The position numbers and the translations under genes were made by a program. Positions 31,878-42,080 of a stretch of 64,000 nt of DNA are shown here, piece by piece (position 1 is the stretch's first letter; the number at the start of each line of letters is the position of its first letter). The DNA is from Candidatus Cloacimonadota bacterium (GTDB taxonomy: Bacteria; Cloacimonadota; Cloacimonadia; JGIOTU-2), in contig JBNGBT010000008.1 of NCBI GenBank assembly GCA_049903315.1, positions 1 through 64,000 of the forward strand. The letters run 5' to 3'. The notes beneath the pieces are model-generated. The model was given only the letters and a program-made list of their open reading frames with translations. It was not told the DNA's origin and did no database searches.

Positions 31878-34800
31878 TTATTGCACCATAAGCATCTTTC
31901 TTACAACAGAAGATGTGCCGGTCGTTAGTTTATAGAAATAAATTCCGTTTGAAAGACGATTGCCCGTGTCGGATAAACCATCCCAGATAAGCGTATATTC
32001 ACCCGGATTCTGATTGGTAGAAACAAGAGTTTTGATTTTCTGACCAAGGATGTTATAGATAGTGAGTTCAACATGTGAAGATTCAGGAATATAATATCGA
32101 ATTGATGTGGAATGATTGAACGGATTAGGCTGGTTTCGATACAGTTGCATCATATTATCTGGATGCTGAATTTGCTCTAGGGTAATATCAATAGGATCGC
32201 CAATTTTTCCAAGAATGACATCATTTTGGAAGCTAATATTTTGACTTCCGATTAAATATTCACCGGTATCACTGTTGATTGCTTCAAAATGAAGTGTCTG
32301 AGCTTCACCGCCTACAACCGTAAAGTACCAGCTATCGTTTTGATAAGATCCAATTGAATGGCATTTACCCTGTTCGTCAAAAACTCCGATTGATAGTGAT
32401 GAAGGATTATCGATGCCGACAACATCAACGATTACGATCATATTCTTGTCAAATCCAGTAAGAACTTTCCAGGCGAGAGGATTTGATTCGTTAGAAGTTG
32501 GCAAATCATTCTTTGTAACAGCTGCAATTGGATAGGTAAGTGTATCGGCAGCTCCCATGTTTATCTTGTAACTCACTCCCGGCTGCATAGCCAGAAGATC
32601 TCCAGTCCAGATACCATTGACATATATTGCGGACTTTGACTGCGTTTTCACAGCAATAACACTACTGCCGAGACTCGCAAGCGCTTCATCAAGAGTCAGT
32701 TCTGCATTTGGATAATACCCGACCCAGTTCCAGTTGTAAGCCAGAGTTGAGTCGTATTCCAACGGGAGATAGTGTGTTTCAGGATTTATCAGATATCCTG
32801 TCACAGTAAAAGGATCAAGAGGATTCAACATATTAAGAAGATATCCGTCCCCATCAGTAATATCGGAGAGGGTACCCACCCAGATACCGGGAGGATCGGT
32901 GTAAGTAGCAGATTCTGTCTGATCTTTTATCTGGAAACCATCGCTTCCAAGAGGGGCAAGAACCGCATCAATAGAAACATCTGCAGGATGAACATTAAAA
33001 GAAATCCAATTCCATTCAGCATTAAGAGAGAAATCTTGATCCACATCATTCTGTGCCACTACATCAAGCGGTACAATCGTGCAATCCTCAAAGATAATAG
33101 TCTCATAACAATCATATATACTGTCGGTAACAGTATCATACATCATGAAGCTGATAGTATCTGTTCCAGAGTTATTATTACTTACCATTGTAAGATACCA
33201 GTATCCGTCAAGATCATAATAGCCTTCCCAAAGAGGATGATTGCCTTCTTGCCAGGTAGCAATTCCACGGCAATCTGATGTTCCTCCAGATCCAAATGCG
33301 CCAACCTGATTGCTTCCGGTTTTTATTAGATATTCACCATCCAATGATGTCGTGGCATATGCAATCATTGTGTATTGCGTACCCGGGATCACTTCCCAGT
33401 TTAAAAGAGTTATATAAACAGTCGTGGTGTCATTTGCAATTACCTCTACATCATAGATCGTGACGGTCGTATAATCATCTAGAGATGCAGTAACATCATA
33501 TGTTCCATTTTCGAGAAGTATCTCATAATATCCTGTTGGATCGGGATTAACAGACGCAGTATCTGAGACAACTTGAACGTCTGTGACAACACCTGCACCA
33601 TCTTTAAGAGTAATAGTACCAGAAATCCACCCATCATATTTAATGAGAAGAAGGAAGAAATTTATATTGGTCGTCTGGTTTCCGGACACCACAACCACAT
33701 CAGTAATTGTTGAATCTTGATATCCGGCTTTCGTAGCCGCAACGTCATAGGTACCTTGAGGTAACTCTAGCAAGTATTCATAGTACATAACAAGTCCAGA
33801 ATAAGGGTCATAGACCGGATAAGGATGTGTGCTTTCGCCACCGGCACTTACTAATACTTCTGCCGGATCTCCCAATCCCTCAAGATCAACTTGTCCAACA
33901 ATTTCACCCGGCAAGATTTCATTCAATGTAATGTCTGTACCTGTAGTTACCTGACCAAGATTCACAATAACTCCTGTGACAGGATCCGCAGAGTAGCCCT
34001 CTAAGATTGCTGTTACTGTATATGTACCAGGTGCCAGATTGATAAGATATTCACCAGCCGCATCAGGATTAACAGTGATTCCACCTGCGCTTACGTCAAC
34101 GTTTTGTACATTTCCAGTTCCACCCTGAAGAGTAATTGTTCCGCTAATACCAGATTGGAGGTAAGGCAACGCACCCATATCAGCACGAGTGCCGTCAGGG
34201 TCAGGTGGAGAAGCGGGATCGCCAGTATTGATACAAGGAGATTTTGTTACATCCTGAACAGGAAAATTCGCCCACGTTATTTGGTAGTCATCATTTGCAG
34301 GATCTGCAAACAGAGGATCAATCGCAATACATCCAGTCCCAAAATATGTCTGTCCTGTTCCGTTCATAATGTCTGAATAAGTAGCCGATAGGCTACTGCC
34401 AGATTCAACACTGATTCCATTTGTTGCATTATTCCATATTATACAATTAAGAATGGTAACGTCAGAATTGTAGAGGACTGCGAGTGCAGACCCGCTCTGG
34501 AATGCAAGGTTGTTGCTGAAAGTTGTATTTTGAATAAAGGGAGCAGAATTGTTATAACAGGAAATTCCAGCACCATTCCACTGCGTTGTGTTGCTGTAGA
34601 TTTGAGACCATGAGAGCGTAGGGCTGGAGTTGAAGCAATTTATACCACCGCCATCATAAGTTGCAGTATTATTCGAGATGATCACTTCATTAAGCACAGG
34701 ATCGGAGTTGTAGAGATAAATACCTCCACCAGCACCACTTGCAGTATTGTCTGAAATAATTACGCCATCTATGACAACATCGGAACCTGATAGATAGATA

Positions 34801-35288
34801 CCACCGCCATTGCTGAGTGCCGAATTATCGAATAATATCGAGCTCTGAATGAGGACATCAGATGAGTTTAAGCAATAGACCGCGCCACCACGATAATCAG
34901 GGGACGTTCCCGTTGCTTTTCCGTCTTCTATTGTGCAAAAAACAACTTTTGAACTATCCTGCCCATTTGTGTTCGTGTCAATGAATCGCAATCCATGCCA
35001 ACCAGTTGCGGGTGTTTGGGCAGCGAAAGTAATCATGTTTCCGACTGAACCTTCTGCGAGCAGACGCCCATAAATAATGAACTTATAGTGTCCGGAAAAT
35101 CCAACAGCCACACCAGGATCGATCGTTAATTGATCACCGGATATGATCTGTATCTCTCCATCAATAATGTATGGACTTCCTGCTACATTCCATGTGCCGC
35201 TTACATTACCGGCAGGTATATGGGTTTGAGCTGCAAGAAATGAGACCAAAAGGAAGGTCATACTAACGAATAAAATTAATTTTTTCAT
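31878..35288 (-). CDS. Secreted beta-helix (GGAI/Pmp-like repeat) and carboxypeptidase-regulatory-like repeat protein with T9SS-type C-terminal domain
   Basis: GGAGG RBS; signal peptide; GGAVY/GGGIY repeats; SPCINTGDP..DPDGTRADMGA; 3 Ig-like repeats; CTD NQPNPFN..IYNILGQKI..WDG..NGIYFYKL. Confidence 0.88.
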   Translation of the reverse strand: MKKLILFVSMTFLLVSFLAAQTHIPAGNVSGTWNVAGSPYIIDGEIQIISGDQLTIDPGVAVGFSGHYKFIIYGRLLAEGSVGNMITFAAQTPATGWHGLRFIDTNTNGQDSSKVVFCTIEDGKATGTSPDYRGGAVYCLNSSDVLIQSSILFDNSALSNGGGIYLSGSDVVIDGVIISDNTASGAGGGIYLYNSDPVLNEVIISNNTATYDGGGINCFNSSPTLSWSQIYSNTTQWNGAGISCYNNSAPFIQNTTFSNNLAFQSGSALAVLYNSDVTILNCIIWNNATNGISVESGSSLSATYSDIMNGTGQTYFGTGCIAIDPLFADPANDDYQITWANFPVQDVTKSPCINTGDPASPPDPDGTRADMGALPYLQSGISGTITLQGGTGNVQNVDVSAGGITVNPDAAGEYLINLAPGTYTVTAILEGYSADPVTGVIVNLGQVTTGTDITLNEILPGEIVGQVDLEGLGDPAEVLVSAGGESTHPYPVYDPYSGLVMYYEYLLELPQGTYDVAATKAGYQDSTITDVVVVSGNQTTNINFFLLLIKYDGWISGTITLKDGAGVVTDVQVVSDTASVNPDPTGYYEILLENGTYDVTASLDDYTTVTIYDVEVIANDTTTVYITLLNWEVIPGTQYTMIAYATTSLDGEYLIKTGSNQVGAFGSGGTSDCRGIATWQEGNHPLWEGYYDLDGYWYLTMVSNNNSGTDTISFMMYDTVTDSIYDCYETIIFEDCTIVPLDVVAQNDVDQDFSLNAEWNWISFNVHPADVSIDAVLAPLGSDGFQIKDQTESATYTDPPGIWVGTLSDITDGDGYLLNMLNPLDPFTVTGYLINPETHYLPLEYDSTLAYNWNWVGYYPNAELTLDEALASLGSSVIAVKTQSKSAIYVNGIWTGDLLAMQPGVSYKINMGAADTLTYPIAAVTKNDLPTSNESNPLAWKVLTGFDKNMIVIVDVVGIDNPSSLSIGVFDEQGKCHSIGSYQNDSWYFTVVGGEAQTLHFEAINSDTGEYLIGSQNISFQNDVILGKIGDPIDITLEQIQHPDNMMQLYRNQPNPFNHSTSIRYYIPESSHVELTIYNILGQKIKTLVSTNQNPGEYTLIWDGLSDTGNRLSNGIYFYKLTTGTSSVVRKMLMVQ

Positions 35289-35318
35289 CGCATCCTCCAG
35301 GATATTTTTTATAAACAT

Positions 35319-37151
35319 TTAAGGGCTAATTTGTACGATCTTCATACCCTCATTATCGATAAGCAGTTCATAACTGCCAAAATGAGTTAGTGAAGAAGGT
35401 TCTGTGGTCATTACATAATAACCGAGAATAAATGGATCTATAATTGAAGAAATATCAATTGTGATCAAGCCAATTTCGGAATCAGAAACATATGCATAGG
35501 AGTTAGTTACGTGAACTCCATTAACAAATCCATCAGTTTCTACCTCTGCTGTGTATGCAGGAGATGAAGGATTTGAGACATCAAGAATCAAGAGACCATC
35601 CTCGCTGTTTGCAATAAAAGCGTAGTTATTTTGAACAAAAATATCTTTCGCACCCGAAGTTGTATACGTGGAACTCAGGGTAGGATTATAGGGATCTGAG
35701 ATATCAAAAATTGCTATTCCATCTAAGCCCTGTGCAACATACGCGTGAGTTCCATCAACATAAATACTTTGAGCGTGACCGCCTGTTGTAATATTTGTCA
35801 CGGAATCAGGTGTTGAATTTGAAATGAAGAAAACGGTCAAACCATTGTCACCATCAGCTATGTACGCAAAATCTCCGACTACTTCAATATCGTATGGGAT
35901 GCCGGAAGTAGAGCTGCTTCCTGATAATTGAGGATTCAATGGGTTTGTGATATCAACCGTTGATATGATACCCGGAGCAGTACTGCCGCTATGACTTGTT
36001 ACATATAAAAAATTGTCCTCTACGTCAGAAGAAAGAACGCGGTCCTCAAAATCAAACATCGTATGCACAATATCAGGATTTTCAGGATTCCCAAAATATA
36101 TAATCTGCAAGCCTTCATAATTGTCCGGAACATAGGCATACCAGCCGGACGTGATAATATCCTGAGCAATACCTGGGGTGTTTACAAAACCGATGAGATC
36201 AAGAAGGACATTGGTCTGAGCTTCTTCGCTGTTTGCAGAAGTATAAATGCCGGAATATGCATTCACACGATAAGAGAATGTGCCGCATGGTTCTGTGATG
36301 TTGTCAATAAAGGAAATTGTGTTGCTATCGACCGTTGCATAATTGGTCACCCAATCTGTACCGCCGATCTTTTTATCAATATTAAAACCGACCTCTCCTT
36401 CACTGTTATCCTGCCATGTGAGTTTTATCTTGTTTTGATCGAGTTTCTGCAATGCAAGATTCGATGGGGCTAAAAGCGTAGGCACGATAGAATTTTCGAT
36501 TGATGAAGATGTCGTTGTGCCGACAAATGCTGAAACACGATAGAAGACCTCCTCAAAAAGATTAACGTCATCTATAAAAGAAGTAGCGCTCGCATTGAGA
36601 GTTCTGTATTTGCTTGTCCAGTTGCCTGTGCCTATTTTTTTATCAATATAAAAACCCTCATCACCAATACAATGGTCTTTCCAGCTTACTTCAACACGCG
36701 ATTGCGTTTTCTGTTCGATGATGAGATCGGTAGGATCACAATAGGTGGACATGTAAGCAACGACTTTTGAATAGGGAGAGGATTCATCAGTTGATTTATT
36801 GAGAAATTTTATCTTATATGCGTACACAAGACTGTCGTTTGTGGGAATGTTATCAAGATAAGTGAAAAATTGAGTTGAAATATTTTGATAACTATCGTTC
36901 CAGCTTCCTGTACCGACTCTTTTACCGATCACAAAATAGAGCGTATCAGAATCTGCATGATCAGGAATTTGATATGTCCAAGTAATTTCGACTCTACCCT
37001 CATCTGTTTTTTTGATCTTGAGGTTTGAAGGTGCATCAGAGAGATCGGGATCGGTCAAAGTGAGGTCACAGCTTGCAAGGAATAAGAAAATACCCGCAAA
37101 GAGAAGCAGCACGAGCAGGAGGGCGGATTTATTTGTTCTTTTTATCATCAT
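35319..37151 (-). CDS. Lipoprotein with fibronectin type III domains and LVIVD repeats
   Basis: Lipobox LASC; APSNL..LTWQDNS FN3 repeats; YAYVA..GL.I.DISDP repeats. Confidence 0.85.
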   Translation of the reverse strand: MMIKRTNKSALLLVLLLFAGIFLFLASCDLTLTDPDLSDAPSNLKIKKTDEGRVEITWTYQIPDHADSDTLYFVIGKRVGTGSWNDSYQNISTQFFTYLDNIPTNDSLVYAYKIKFLNKSTDESSPYSKVVAYMSTYCDPTDLIIEQKTQSRVEVSWKDHCIGDEGFYIDKKIGTGNWTSKYRTLNASATSFIDDVNLFEEVFYRVSAFVGTTTSSSIENSIVPTLLAPSNLALQKLDQNKIKLTWQDNSEGEVGFNIDKKIGGTDWVTNYATVDSNTISFIDNITEPCGTFSYRVNAYSGIYTSANSEEAQTNVLLDLIGFVNTPGIAQDIITSGWYAYVPDNYEGLQIIYFGNPENPDIVHTMFDFEDRVLSSDVEDNFLYVTSHSGSTAPGIISTVDITNPLNPQLSGSSSTSGIPYDIEVVGDFAYIADGDNGLTVFFISNSTPDSVTNITTGGHAQSIYVDGTHAYVAQGLDGIAIFDISDPYNPTLSSTYTTSGAKDIFVQNNYAFIANSEDGLLILDVSNPSSPAYTAEVETDGFVNGVHVTNSYAYVSDSEIGLITIDISSIIDPFILGYYVMTTEPSSLTHFGSYELLIDNEGMKIVQISP

Positions 37152-38325
37152 TATCCTCATCATTATTAAAAAGGTTTGACGCATCTTGGTTCTTTATACG
37201 ATGTTCCTCGATCTGTTGCTGCGTGGATAAGGCTTCTTTCTTACGGTCGTTGATAGGTTTAGAGATTTCCGCTTTAATAATAACAATCATTTCTCGCACA
37301 TTCGTCTCATACCTGTTTGATCCAGTAAGATAACGTATGCCAAGCACCCACCAGGGAAGATCTTTCAAGATTGGGATGCCAACCCGCGTCACAGTTTCGT
37401 CTGTATCGTATAAGCCACCGATAACTGTTTCCTCTCCATCATAGAGCAAAACTTCTGTCGAAGATTCGCTTTTATTAATGATGGTGCTGAGTTCACCTGG
37501 AGTTGCCGAGCTTTTTTGTACGCTTGCAACAAGATGAATAGCTTCGATATTTTCGTCCTCAACAACTGTCGGGGTCACAGTCATGATCACACCCGTCTGG
37601 AAAAACTCGTCAGTAACATTGCCGGCATCATCTTTCTTTTTCACAGAGAAATCTTGTCCGACCTGTATTTCACCTGTTTTACCGGAGATAACTATTACAG
37701 AAGGGCGTGCGATAATAGTGCCCTTCTGGTGTGATTCAAGAATAGTGAAAAGGGTATTAATATCGATGGAGACATCTCCGGACTCAAGCTTTGTCGCAGC
37801 AGATGCATTAAAGATATCCTGTCCGACACCAGCTCCCTTGAAATTTATCGATGCAACAACTTTTCCGTTGAAAAGGGTTGACCAGTCGATCCCGATACTG
37901 TTAAGAACAGATTTATCCGCTTTGAAAAATATGGAAGATATCTTAACCTGCTTTGTGTCGGGTGTGATATCTGCCTCCTCTCCCAATTCTTCTTGGAGTT
38001 CTTCAGCGGCATCTTTGATCACATAGGATCCGGGAAGGTCTTCAAGCACAAGATCATTAAAATTAATGATAAGAAAGAGAGCATTTTTCCAATATACTTC
38101 TTTAACGGGTACACCGATCGTTCCGGTAAATGAGCTCATATTAATGATCTTTTTTCCTTCAAATTGGATAGACATTACTTCGAGCGCACGAACCGCTTCC
38201 GGGAAAGGTGTGTCACGGGTCATTGAGACCAGTTCCTTATATGAAAATTCGTCATAGACCCATTGGGCGAATAAGGAAACTGTGGTGAATGAAAAAATTA
38301 AAAGTAATAGAATTATTTTTTTCAT
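37129..38325 (-). CDS. pilQ: Secretin (PilQ/GspD family), compact form
   Basis: IGIDW, IIARPSV..SG..G.I.VG, TGV.M.VTP, DGEETVIGGL, GIPILKDLP. Confidence 0.85.
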   Translation of the reverse strand: MKKIILLLLIFSFTTVSLFAQWVYDEFSYKELVSMTRDTPFPEAVRALEVMSIQFEGKKIINMSSFTGTIGVPVKEVYWKNALFLIINFNDLVLEDLPGSYVIKDAAEELQEELGEEADITPDTKQVKISSIFFKADKSVLNSIGIDWSTLFNGKVVASINFKGAGVGQDIFNASAATKLESGDVSIDINTLFTILESHQKGTIIARPSVIVISGKTGEIQVGQDFSVKKKDDAGNVTDEFFQTGVIMTVTPTVVEDENIEAIHLVASVQKSSATPGELSTIINKSESSTEVLLYDGEETVIGGLYDTDETVTRVGIPILKDLPWWVLGIRYLTGSNRYETNVREMIVIIKAEISKPINDRKKEALSTQQQIEEHRIKNQDASNLFNNDEDNDDKKNK

Positions 38326-39197
38326 AATTCATTTCCCTGTAAATACATTTTAACTTCTTGGTTAATACCAATTCGATTAATATTAAATACAGCGCATTGC
38401 TGTTTCCAGTTTATATAGTTGAGATAACCGTATGCAACCCGTGAGCCGGGCACAAGAGTCACAATTTGTCCGTTCATATCCCTGAGGAAGACCTTATCCG
38501 GAGTAAGACCTATGATAACAGAAGCATTTATATTGATGTATTTTTCTTCTTCAGTTCTGTCGAACGGTGCATGGATTTGTGAATAGAAAGGATTATATGT
38601 AAGATTTGAATAACTAAAACTCCGGAATGGTATCTCAGAGATTTGAGTACCGGTTTTCTTGTCATAATACACATTCAGCTTAAGAGAGAAATCAACGGTA
38701 TCTTTGAGGGCAGCTGAGGTTTCTGAAATTCGTATAGTTTCGATTACATAGAGAGGGGCTTGATATTCAACCTGATAGAGAAAGAAATGAAGTAATTCAA
38801 TATTTCCCGCCCCGTTCAAGGTATACGAATTAAAAGGAAGGTCTCCTTTTTTGCCACCCTGAGCGACCTTGAAATCAAAATTAAGACCCGGAGTAAAAGT
38901 CTCAGTGATATCAATAAGGTATTGGTATGTTTGACTGGGATTGTCTGTTTTCAGTATTATTTTATTATTTTCCAGAGCTTTTTTCTTCATTTCTTCAAGA
39001 GAGGCGATTATTTCATCTGTTTTATCAAGATCGGGATTGGTCTTTTTGAGCTGATTGAGTGTTTGTTGGTTTTCCTGAAAAACCCTTTCGCTCTTGTCAA
39101 GCCGCTTTACGGATTGAGAATTTGAGAGCATACCCACGAAGAAAACGAGGATGAGTAGTACACCAAGGATGATAGAGTTTCTTATTGCATAGGGCAT
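38322..39197 (-). CDS. PilO-like inner-membrane alignment protein with PilP-like C-terminal beta domain
   Basis: N-terminal TM, coiled coil, ferredoxin-like pattern; tail IIGL..KVFLRD.NG.IV.L.PG.RV.YG; directly upstream of secretin. Confidence 0.6.
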   Translation of the reverse strand: MPYAIRNSIILGVLLILVFFVGMLSNSQSVKRLDKSERVFQENQQTLNQLKKTNPDLDKTDEIIASLEEMKKKALENNKIILKTDNPSQTYQYLIDITETFTPGLNFDFKVAQGGKKGDLPFNSYTLNGAGNIELLHFFLYQVEYQAPLYVIETIRISETSAALKDTVDFSLKLNVYYDKKTGTQISEIPFRSFSYSNLTYNPFYSQIHAPFDRTEEEKYININASVIIGLTPDKVFLRDMNGQIVTLVPGSRVAYGYLNYINWKQQCAVFNINRIGINQEVKMYLQGNEL

Positions 39198-39201
39198 TGC
39201 A

Positions 39202-42066
39202 TCAATCCTTTACTTCTATTGCTTTGAGCTGAGCAATATCAGCGAGACGATTGTGGGGATAACGGGATATCAGCTCGTTCCAGTAATAAAGAGCTTTGTC
39301 CTTATCATCGAGCCGATAATATGAATTGCCAAGCATCATCAGGGCATCAGGCGATTTAACAGAATTGTTTTCAACAACAGCGCTGAAAATTGTAATTGCT
39401 TCCGGAATATTGCCCATTTGGTACTGAGCTTCTCCGGTAAAATATTCGGCATGTGATGCGAGTTCACTGTCTGGATATTTCCTTAGAAATGAACAAAAAT
39501 CATCATATGCGCCCCGAAGATCATTCGCAAAATATTTATCTAGAATGGCGGAGTACGTATTTTGAATTTCTTCCTGATTGTTCACCTTTGGCTCTTCTAC
39601 AGTTTTATCAACCGATTCATGTGCGACATCAACCTTCGTGATCCAAAAATCATGATAGGCATTCTGCTGCATGCTGATCTTCTGTCCAAGGTCAAGTGCT
39701 TCATTTCCGGAAAGTAGATTATCAATCCGAAGTCTGTAAATAACACCCTGACTGGTAGATACTGGAATAATTTTAGTATCAAATCCAGCTAATTTGAGTT
39801 TTTTCTGTTCGTCAAGAACAGTAGCATAGTTGCCATCAGCATACAATTGAAGCTCATATTGTGTCTCAAGCTGATTTTCCTGAACTTGGATTTTCTTTGT
39901 TTGTTCAAGTTGAGATTCAGTTTGAGAATATTGGTTCATTTTTTCATTTGCAATTGACGCCAAACGATTATTGGGATATTCATGAATTATCCGATTCCAA
40001 TAAAATTTTGCCTGCTCAACATTGTTGTTTTTTGCATAGGCATTTCCGAGCATCATAAGAGCATCCGGAGTTTTAATACCATTCTGAGTAACAACTTTAT
40101 CAAAAACGAGAATTGCCTGATCGATATCATCCATTTGATACAAACACTCACCCAAAAGATAGCTTGCACTGTGAGAATACTTGCTCTCCGGGAAGTCAGA
40201 AAGGAATTCCTTGAATTGGTCATATGCTTTCTGGAAATTTCCGGAAAAATAGAGCTCAATTATCTGATTATACCGGGTTTTATCATTATTTGAAAAAGTC
40301 TGAGGTTTCTTCACAGGCTCTTCTTGATTCTCTTCAGCTGGAGTGAAATTTTCTATTTGAACCTGGGGCGATTTAAGGTGCTCTTTATTTTTTATGAATT
40401 CAATACCTGGGCCACCTTCCTTTTTTTGCTTTGCTATTTCAATGGGATCAGGATATCCAAAAGTGATATCGTATTGCCAAATCTGTACATTTTGTATAGT
40501 GTTTTCAGTAACCTTCTCAACATTGCCATTTGGGAAAAGATTCGAAAACGGGATCACATTCCTTTTTCGTGTAGTAAAACCACTCACCTTGAACGTTTTA
40601 TCCTGGCTATTCAGAGAGGTGAGCCAGCTAATCTTGTGGTCTTTAAATGAATTTGAAATAACATTTAATATATAGTACCACTGATTTTTATTACCAATTA
40701 GTTTATCAACTTTTTTTAGATTTTCCTGAAGGACTTCGATATCACCCTTAACTTGTTGAAGTTTGATAACGATGGCGCGGTTCTTCCTCAATTCAAGTTC
40801 GACCTGACTATTTTCTCGGTTAATCTCGATAATTTCTTTTCCAACATTAAGATTTTTAAAAGTTGCAGAGAAGGCAACATAGAAGATAGCAGTAAGTACA
40901 ATAAAACCGTGCCAGGCAATTTTAAAGGGTTTTTGGTTTTCAATTATTTTGGACGGAAGAAGATTACAGGGATAGAAATTTCTGTTTCGTCCCTCAAGAG
41001 ATTTCCAGGCGAGGGCAATCGGAATACAGTAATCTGCAATGCGCTCTGGCGGAAAAGTTTCTTCTTTTGCCTGAGGAATGTGCAACTTTTCAAGGGAGAT
41101 GCGAGAAATTTGAGCACCGGAATTGATCCTGTTGCGGAAAAATTCAACATCGTCATCTTTTGCCATTTCACCAGTCAGAATGATATTGCTTGTGATATTT
41201 ACATTTGAAGTATCTTGCTCAAGAATTATCTTTGAGTAGATCACTTGTCTCATGTGCTCGAGGTCGGACTCAGGGACGATAAGAGGGAAGTTCTTTACGA
41301 AATCGTTCCCCTTCATTACAATACCGAATTTGGTGTCGATGCCGATATAGATCAACAATACATATTCATCAGCCGAAAAATCGTAATTATTGCGAACAAG
41401 ATTCATGAGAGAAACTTCAATTGGTTCGATAAAGCTGTAGAAGAATCTCTTCTTGGAAATGAGCGGATTTATATCCTGTAAGGCATGAAGTATATCATTA
41501 CTGCCTGTTTCTGTAAAGGAGAGAATAGAGTTATCTTTATTTTTTATAAAATCAAAGGTATTATCTTTATTTTTCTGCTCTTCTTTTGAGAGGAGCTCGT
41601 CCTTTAGTTTCTTTTTGATTTTGGACCGGGAATGCGACTGGGAAAAGGTTTCATCAAACTGAGTAAATGAGATGTCTTCTTCAAGAGCATTCATTGATAT
41701 TCTGCATGTATCAAGAGGAAATTGTGAGATAAGTTTTTGAAATTCCTGCTTACCCGTCATTATGGGTTCTGCTTCTTCGGCAGATCCATAATCAGCTTCT
41801 TCTAGCTCTGCAAGGTCAGGGATCTTAAAATCCTCAGAAAAGTCTGCGAGATCTGGAATTGGTTCTTCATCTTCAGATTCGATATGTAATTCAGTTTCGG
41901 GTTCATCATGTTTTTCCTCATGGGGGTATAGAGGAAAAGAAAGAGTCGTTTCTGTAAGCTCTGTGAGACTTATCTTCCCATTAATAACCGATAGCTGGGC
42001 GGCTTTAATGGTCAAGCCATCCTGGTAAATACCAAGTGCAGTTTTTCCGTTTTTAATTAATTTCAT
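39202..42066 (-). CDS. PilM-PilN-like fusion with two CpoB/YbgF-like TPR domains and a SPOR-like domain
   Basis: ALGIYQDG..IKAAQL actin-like start; NLLP motif then TM and coiled coil; 2x Y..GE..YQM...PDALMMLGN.Y...YP.NRLA; YELQL...GF...GVIYRLRI. Confidence 0.7.
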   Translation of the reverse strand: MKLIKNGKTALGIYQDGLTIKAAQLSVINGKISLTELTETTLSFPLYPHEEKHDEPETELHIESEDEEPIPDLADFSEDFKIPDLAELEEADYGSAEEAEPIMTGKQEFQKLISQFPLDTCRISMNALEEDISFTQFDETFSQSHSRSKIKKKLKDELLSKEEQKNKDNTFDFIKNKDNSILSFTETGSNDILHALQDINPLISKKRFFYSFIEPIEVSLMNLVRNNYDFSADEYVLLIYIGIDTKFGIVMKGNDFVKNFPLIVPESDLEHMRQVIYSKIILEQDTSNVNITSNIILTGEMAKDDDVEFFRNRINSGAQISRISLEKLHIPQAKEETFPPERIADYCIPIALAWKSLEGRNRNFYPCNLLPSKIIENQKPFKIAWHGFIVLTAIFYVAFSATFKNLNVGKEIIEINRENSQVELELRKNRAIVIKLQQVKGDIEVLQENLKKVDKLIGNKNQWYYILNVISNSFKDHKISWLTSLNSQDKTFKVSGFTTRKRNVIPFSNLFPNGNVEKVTENTIQNVQIWQYDITFGYPDPIEIAKQKKEGGPGIEFIKNKEHLKSPQVQIENFTPAEENQEEPVKKPQTFSNNDKTRYNQIIELYFSGNFQKAYDQFKEFLSDFPESKYSHSASYLLGECLYQMDDIDQAILVFDKVVTQNGIKTPDALMMLGNAYAKNNNVEQAKFYWNRIIHEYPNNRLASIANEKMNQYSQTESQLEQTKKIQVQENQLETQYELQLYADGNYATVLDEQKKLKLAGFDTKIIPVSTSQGVIYRLRIDNLLSGNEALDLGQKISMQQNAYHDFWITKVDVAHESVDKTVEEPKVNNQEEIQNTYSAILDKYFANDLRGAYDDFCSFLRKYPDSELASHAEYFTGEAQYQMGNIPEAITIFSAVVENNSVKSPDALMMLGNSYYRLDDKDKALYYWNELISRYPHNRLADIAQLKAIEVKD

Positions 42067-42080
42067 TATTTATTGAGCAA

